Source: Eledone cirrhosa (Eukaryota). Taken from it: a stretch of DNA of 64,000 nucleotides. This document shows, in pieces, positions 60,517 to 64,000 of this stretch. The stretch lies in the NCBI GenBank assembly GCA_964016885.1, contig OZ024741.1, forward strand, positions 326,058,001 to 326,122,000, read 5' to 3'. A program made the position numbers and the translations under genes. Every line of letters starts with the position of its first letter. Within the stretch, counting starts at the first letter, position 1. Under the pieces are notes generated by a model. That model saw only the letters and a list, made by a program, of their open reading frames with translations. It was not told where the DNA came from and did not search any database.

Positions 60517-61743
60517 CCTTTATACCTCTATATAGCCCTTTATACCTCCGTACCAGCATCCCCAGCTGTCGACCTGTTGACCGAACGAGTCCGAGCATCT
60601 AACTTACACTTCTTCGGACTCACACACACGGACATCCACCAACTCCTCTCCTTCGTTGTGGATAATGCACTCTTCAATTTCCTCGGCCACACGTACAAAC
60701 AAATCTCTGGGCTGCCTATGGGCTCTAGTCTGTCCGGCATACTTGCGATCTCGTACATGGACCACCTGGAACGCAAGGCACTCAATACCTGCCAACCCAA
60801 CGCCGTCGCCTTCTACTCCAGATACGTTGATGATATCCTGATACTTACTTCTTCCCGGGAGATGGCGAATGAAATTCACCAAATCTTCAACGATACTGAC
60901 CAACACATCGCTTTCACCATCGAACACCCAGGAGAAGACGGGTCACTCGCCCTCCTCGACTTCCGTATCAACATCTCGGAAGAAGGAGACATAAACACCA
61001 CTTTCTACCGCAAAGCAGCGTGCAAGGACTTATTTGTGCATTATAACTCAGCCCTCCCCAACAACGCTAAGAGAGGCTATGTCCTAAATGAACTGACACG
61101 GATCACTAACAGATGCAGCGACCCGATGGGTGGTCTCACCCATACCACGCAATTCCGTAATCTACTCAGATCTAATGGTTATCCCAAGCGACTGATTAAC
61201 GGAATTAGAGACCCCAGACCCAGTAGACTGACACCCACTAGAAAACTTAATATTAGCAGGTGCTTCTTTAAAATCCCCCACCTGAGTGAATATACCACGA
61301 ACGCCATCCGCAGGGCCATACGGACGGAGGGACTTGACATACATTTGGCCCACACAGGCCCTTCGCTGCGAAGATGCCTCTCCAACAAACCCTACGAGCC
61401 AGATGGGACGTGTTCCCTCAGCAACTGCCCCATACGGGGGGCAGATTGCCTACGCACCTATGTCGTATATAAGATTCAATGCGATAAATGTAACAAGTTT
61501 TACATAGGTAGCACCATCCGACCCCTACATGTTCGTATCAAGGAACATATCAACACCAACGCATCTTGCTTCCGTAAACATATCCTTAAATGCGGAAACC
61601 CACAGGGTAGACCCTTGGTCACAGTCCTAGCGACTGAACGCAGCATCGGATCCTTAAGGATAAAAGAAGCACTTGTTATTAAGAACCTCAGACCCCCACT
61701 TAACAACCGGGCTGAGAGAAATGAGCTGACATGGCTAACTTAA
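60517..61743 (+). CDS. PLE RT + GIY-YIG polyprotein, C-terminal ~408 codons without stops (the ORF-track N-terminus is microsatellite)
   Basis: [92 protein letters not shown]. Confidence 0.92.
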   Translation, partial: PLYLYIALYTSVPASPAVDLLTERVRASNLHFFGLTHTDIHQLLSFVVDNALFNFLGHTYKQISGLPMGSSLSGILAISYMDHLERKALNTCQPNAVAFYSRYVDDILILTSSREMANEIHQIFNDTDQHIAFTIEHPGEDGSLALLDFRINISEEGDINTTFYRKAACKDLFVHYNSALPNNAKRGYVLNELTRITNRCSDPMGGLTHTTQFRNLLRSNGYPKRLINGIRDPRPSRLTPTRKLNISRCFFKIPHLSEYTTNAIRRAIRTEGLDIHLAHTGPSLRRCLSNKPYEPDGTCSLSNCPIRGADCLRTYVVYKIQCDKCNKFYIGSTIRPLHVRIKEHINTNASCFRKHILKCGNPQGRPLVTVLATERSIGSLRIKEALVIKNLRPPLNNRAERNELTWLT

Positions 61744-62582
61744 CCATATTGACCATTCACAGCCTACGGCCTGCTATCTTCACACACACGCACGTATATG
61801 CATACCCATACGCATGCACACACACTTCTATATTTTACACGCACACATGTTTTTACAACCTACCACCTTTCACACCCTTTGATTTCCAGCTTCTACAGCC
61901 CACTATCTTTCACACACAAACGCACTCACACATATACACACACAGTTACACACACACATGTATACCCATACGCTTACACACACACACATCTATATCTATA
62001 CACGCACACATATTTTACAACCTACCACCTTTCACACCCTTTGATTTCCAACTTCTACAGCCCACTATCTTTCACACACACACACACTCACACATATACA
62101 CACTTACACTTATACACACACAGTCACACACACATATATATTTACATACACATATCTTACGGCTTTCACACGCTAACGCACCCTCTTGTTTTAACCCATT
62201 TGGTCAGTAGCTTTTGCCACAGCTTATCACGCGCACGCGCATTCTTTCCCTCGTTTAAATTTTAAATATTTTTCTCCCCACAACGGCATTCCTGTCTTAA
62301 CGACATCCCCACTTTCTCCGCTTGGCCTGTTTTCCCCCCTTTTGGAACTTTTCCCCCGTTGATGGGCGTGAGCCCGAAATATTGGGATTAAATCTCTACT
62401 ACGGTAACCCTTCTACCTTTGTTTTGTTTTCATCTTTGTCTCTCTCAACTTTCACTTTCATCTGTCTGTTTTCCTATCTATATTTCACTTCCTACCTCGA
62501 GATTTCCCTTTGCATTGTTGTGGCTTTCTTAAATACGTATTTTTACACATTTCACAATGCTTCAAGCAAACTTTAACACCCT

Positions 62583-62585
<3 letters not shown>
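60517..62585 (+). mobile_element. Young 5'-truncated Penelope-like element in (TA)n
   Basis: Uninterrupted ORF to 61743; 3' UTR with an internal duplication and an HHR-like motif. Confidence 0.92.
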
Positions 62586-63020
<435 letters not shown>

Positions 63021-63421
63021 ACATGGAGAAAGAGACGATTATGAGGAAGAAAAATATATTTGTTTTCCTTTTTTGTTTCTCTCTCTCTTTTTTTCTGGGT
63101 TAGAAAATGATTGAAACGAAATGTTTTACTTTCTGTGAAGTGTTAAGTTATTAGTTGATTTATTTATTATTGAACAATGACATTTATTTATCTATTTGTA
63201 TATTTAATTATTGTCTATTACCGGTTTCAGCAATTATATGAATTATCAAATGATAGTGATATGTATTAGTGTGGTGCCGCACATCTTAAACAGAAGGTGC
63301 AGAAAGAATAATGTTATATACAAACAAGGTTTAAGAAGTGAAAAGAAAAAAGAGAAAGGAAAAAAAAAACGTGCATAATGTGGAACGTAAAAAAGTCAAT
63401 GTGGAAGAAAAAATAATGTTA

Positions 63422-63511
<90 letters not shown>

Positions 63512-63521
63512 ATTATTTTTT

Positions 63522-63574
<53 letters not shown>

Positions 63575-64000
63575 ATATATATTAATAAAAGGAATTCACA
63601 CTTTGTCTGATTTACTCGTTTTATTTACAATCCTTTAAAATTATAATGATATTATAATGAAATCGTATGGTAGAATATTAAATGTTAAGTGTTAATTGAA
63701 CAAATACTTTCATGCTTTCGCAATCTTTACGTTCATATTCTGTGGCGACAGTCAATACAATCTGATTTCCTCTCTCTACTCCTTTAAAATTCGATAAAAC
63801 GACATACATGCTTACAAACTTCCTTTAGGAACGCCGAAGAGAGAGAGAAGAGAGAGAGAGGGAGAGAGAGAGAGAACGTTTGTTTTTGAGTGTGGAACGG
63901 TCAAACATTTATTTACTTCAATGACAAAGAGAACTTATTACATTTCATACGAAACAACAATTATTCAAAAGCAACAGATAAATGTATTCAACAACAAAAA

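Overview
AT-rich, microsatellite-saturated eukaryotic non-coding DNA. It is probably from an octopus or other cephalopod, inferred from the tRNA-SINE families, RTE/R4/CR1/CRE LINEs and (TA)n/(CA)n density. Most ORF-track entries (YIYI/THTH/CVCV) are microsatellite artefacts. The real coding remnants are retroelements: RTE LINEs (14.1-18.0 kb, 20.3-21.7 kb, plus fragments), an R4/Dong fragment, a CR1-like LINE, a near full-length CRE LINE, and at least five Penelope-like elements (PLEs) with RT and/or GIY-YIG. There are also mariner, hAT and Harbinger-like MITEs and many SINEs. The main observation, read by eye, is roughly 20 hammerhead-ribozyme (HHR) motifs from about 11 sequence families. Nearly all lie in PLE-type pseudo-LTRs, inverted repeats or tandem units inserted in (TA)n. 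They include two independent families with the compensatory U3:A8 core, a shortened-core variant, an 8-nt-core variant, a perfect 336-bp palindrome with two HHRs, and a non-coding 544-bp tandem HHR array resembling a retrozyme. One orphan host-like terminal exon is seen at 57.6 kb. No folding or database searches were run, so ribozyme activity and clade names are inferences.
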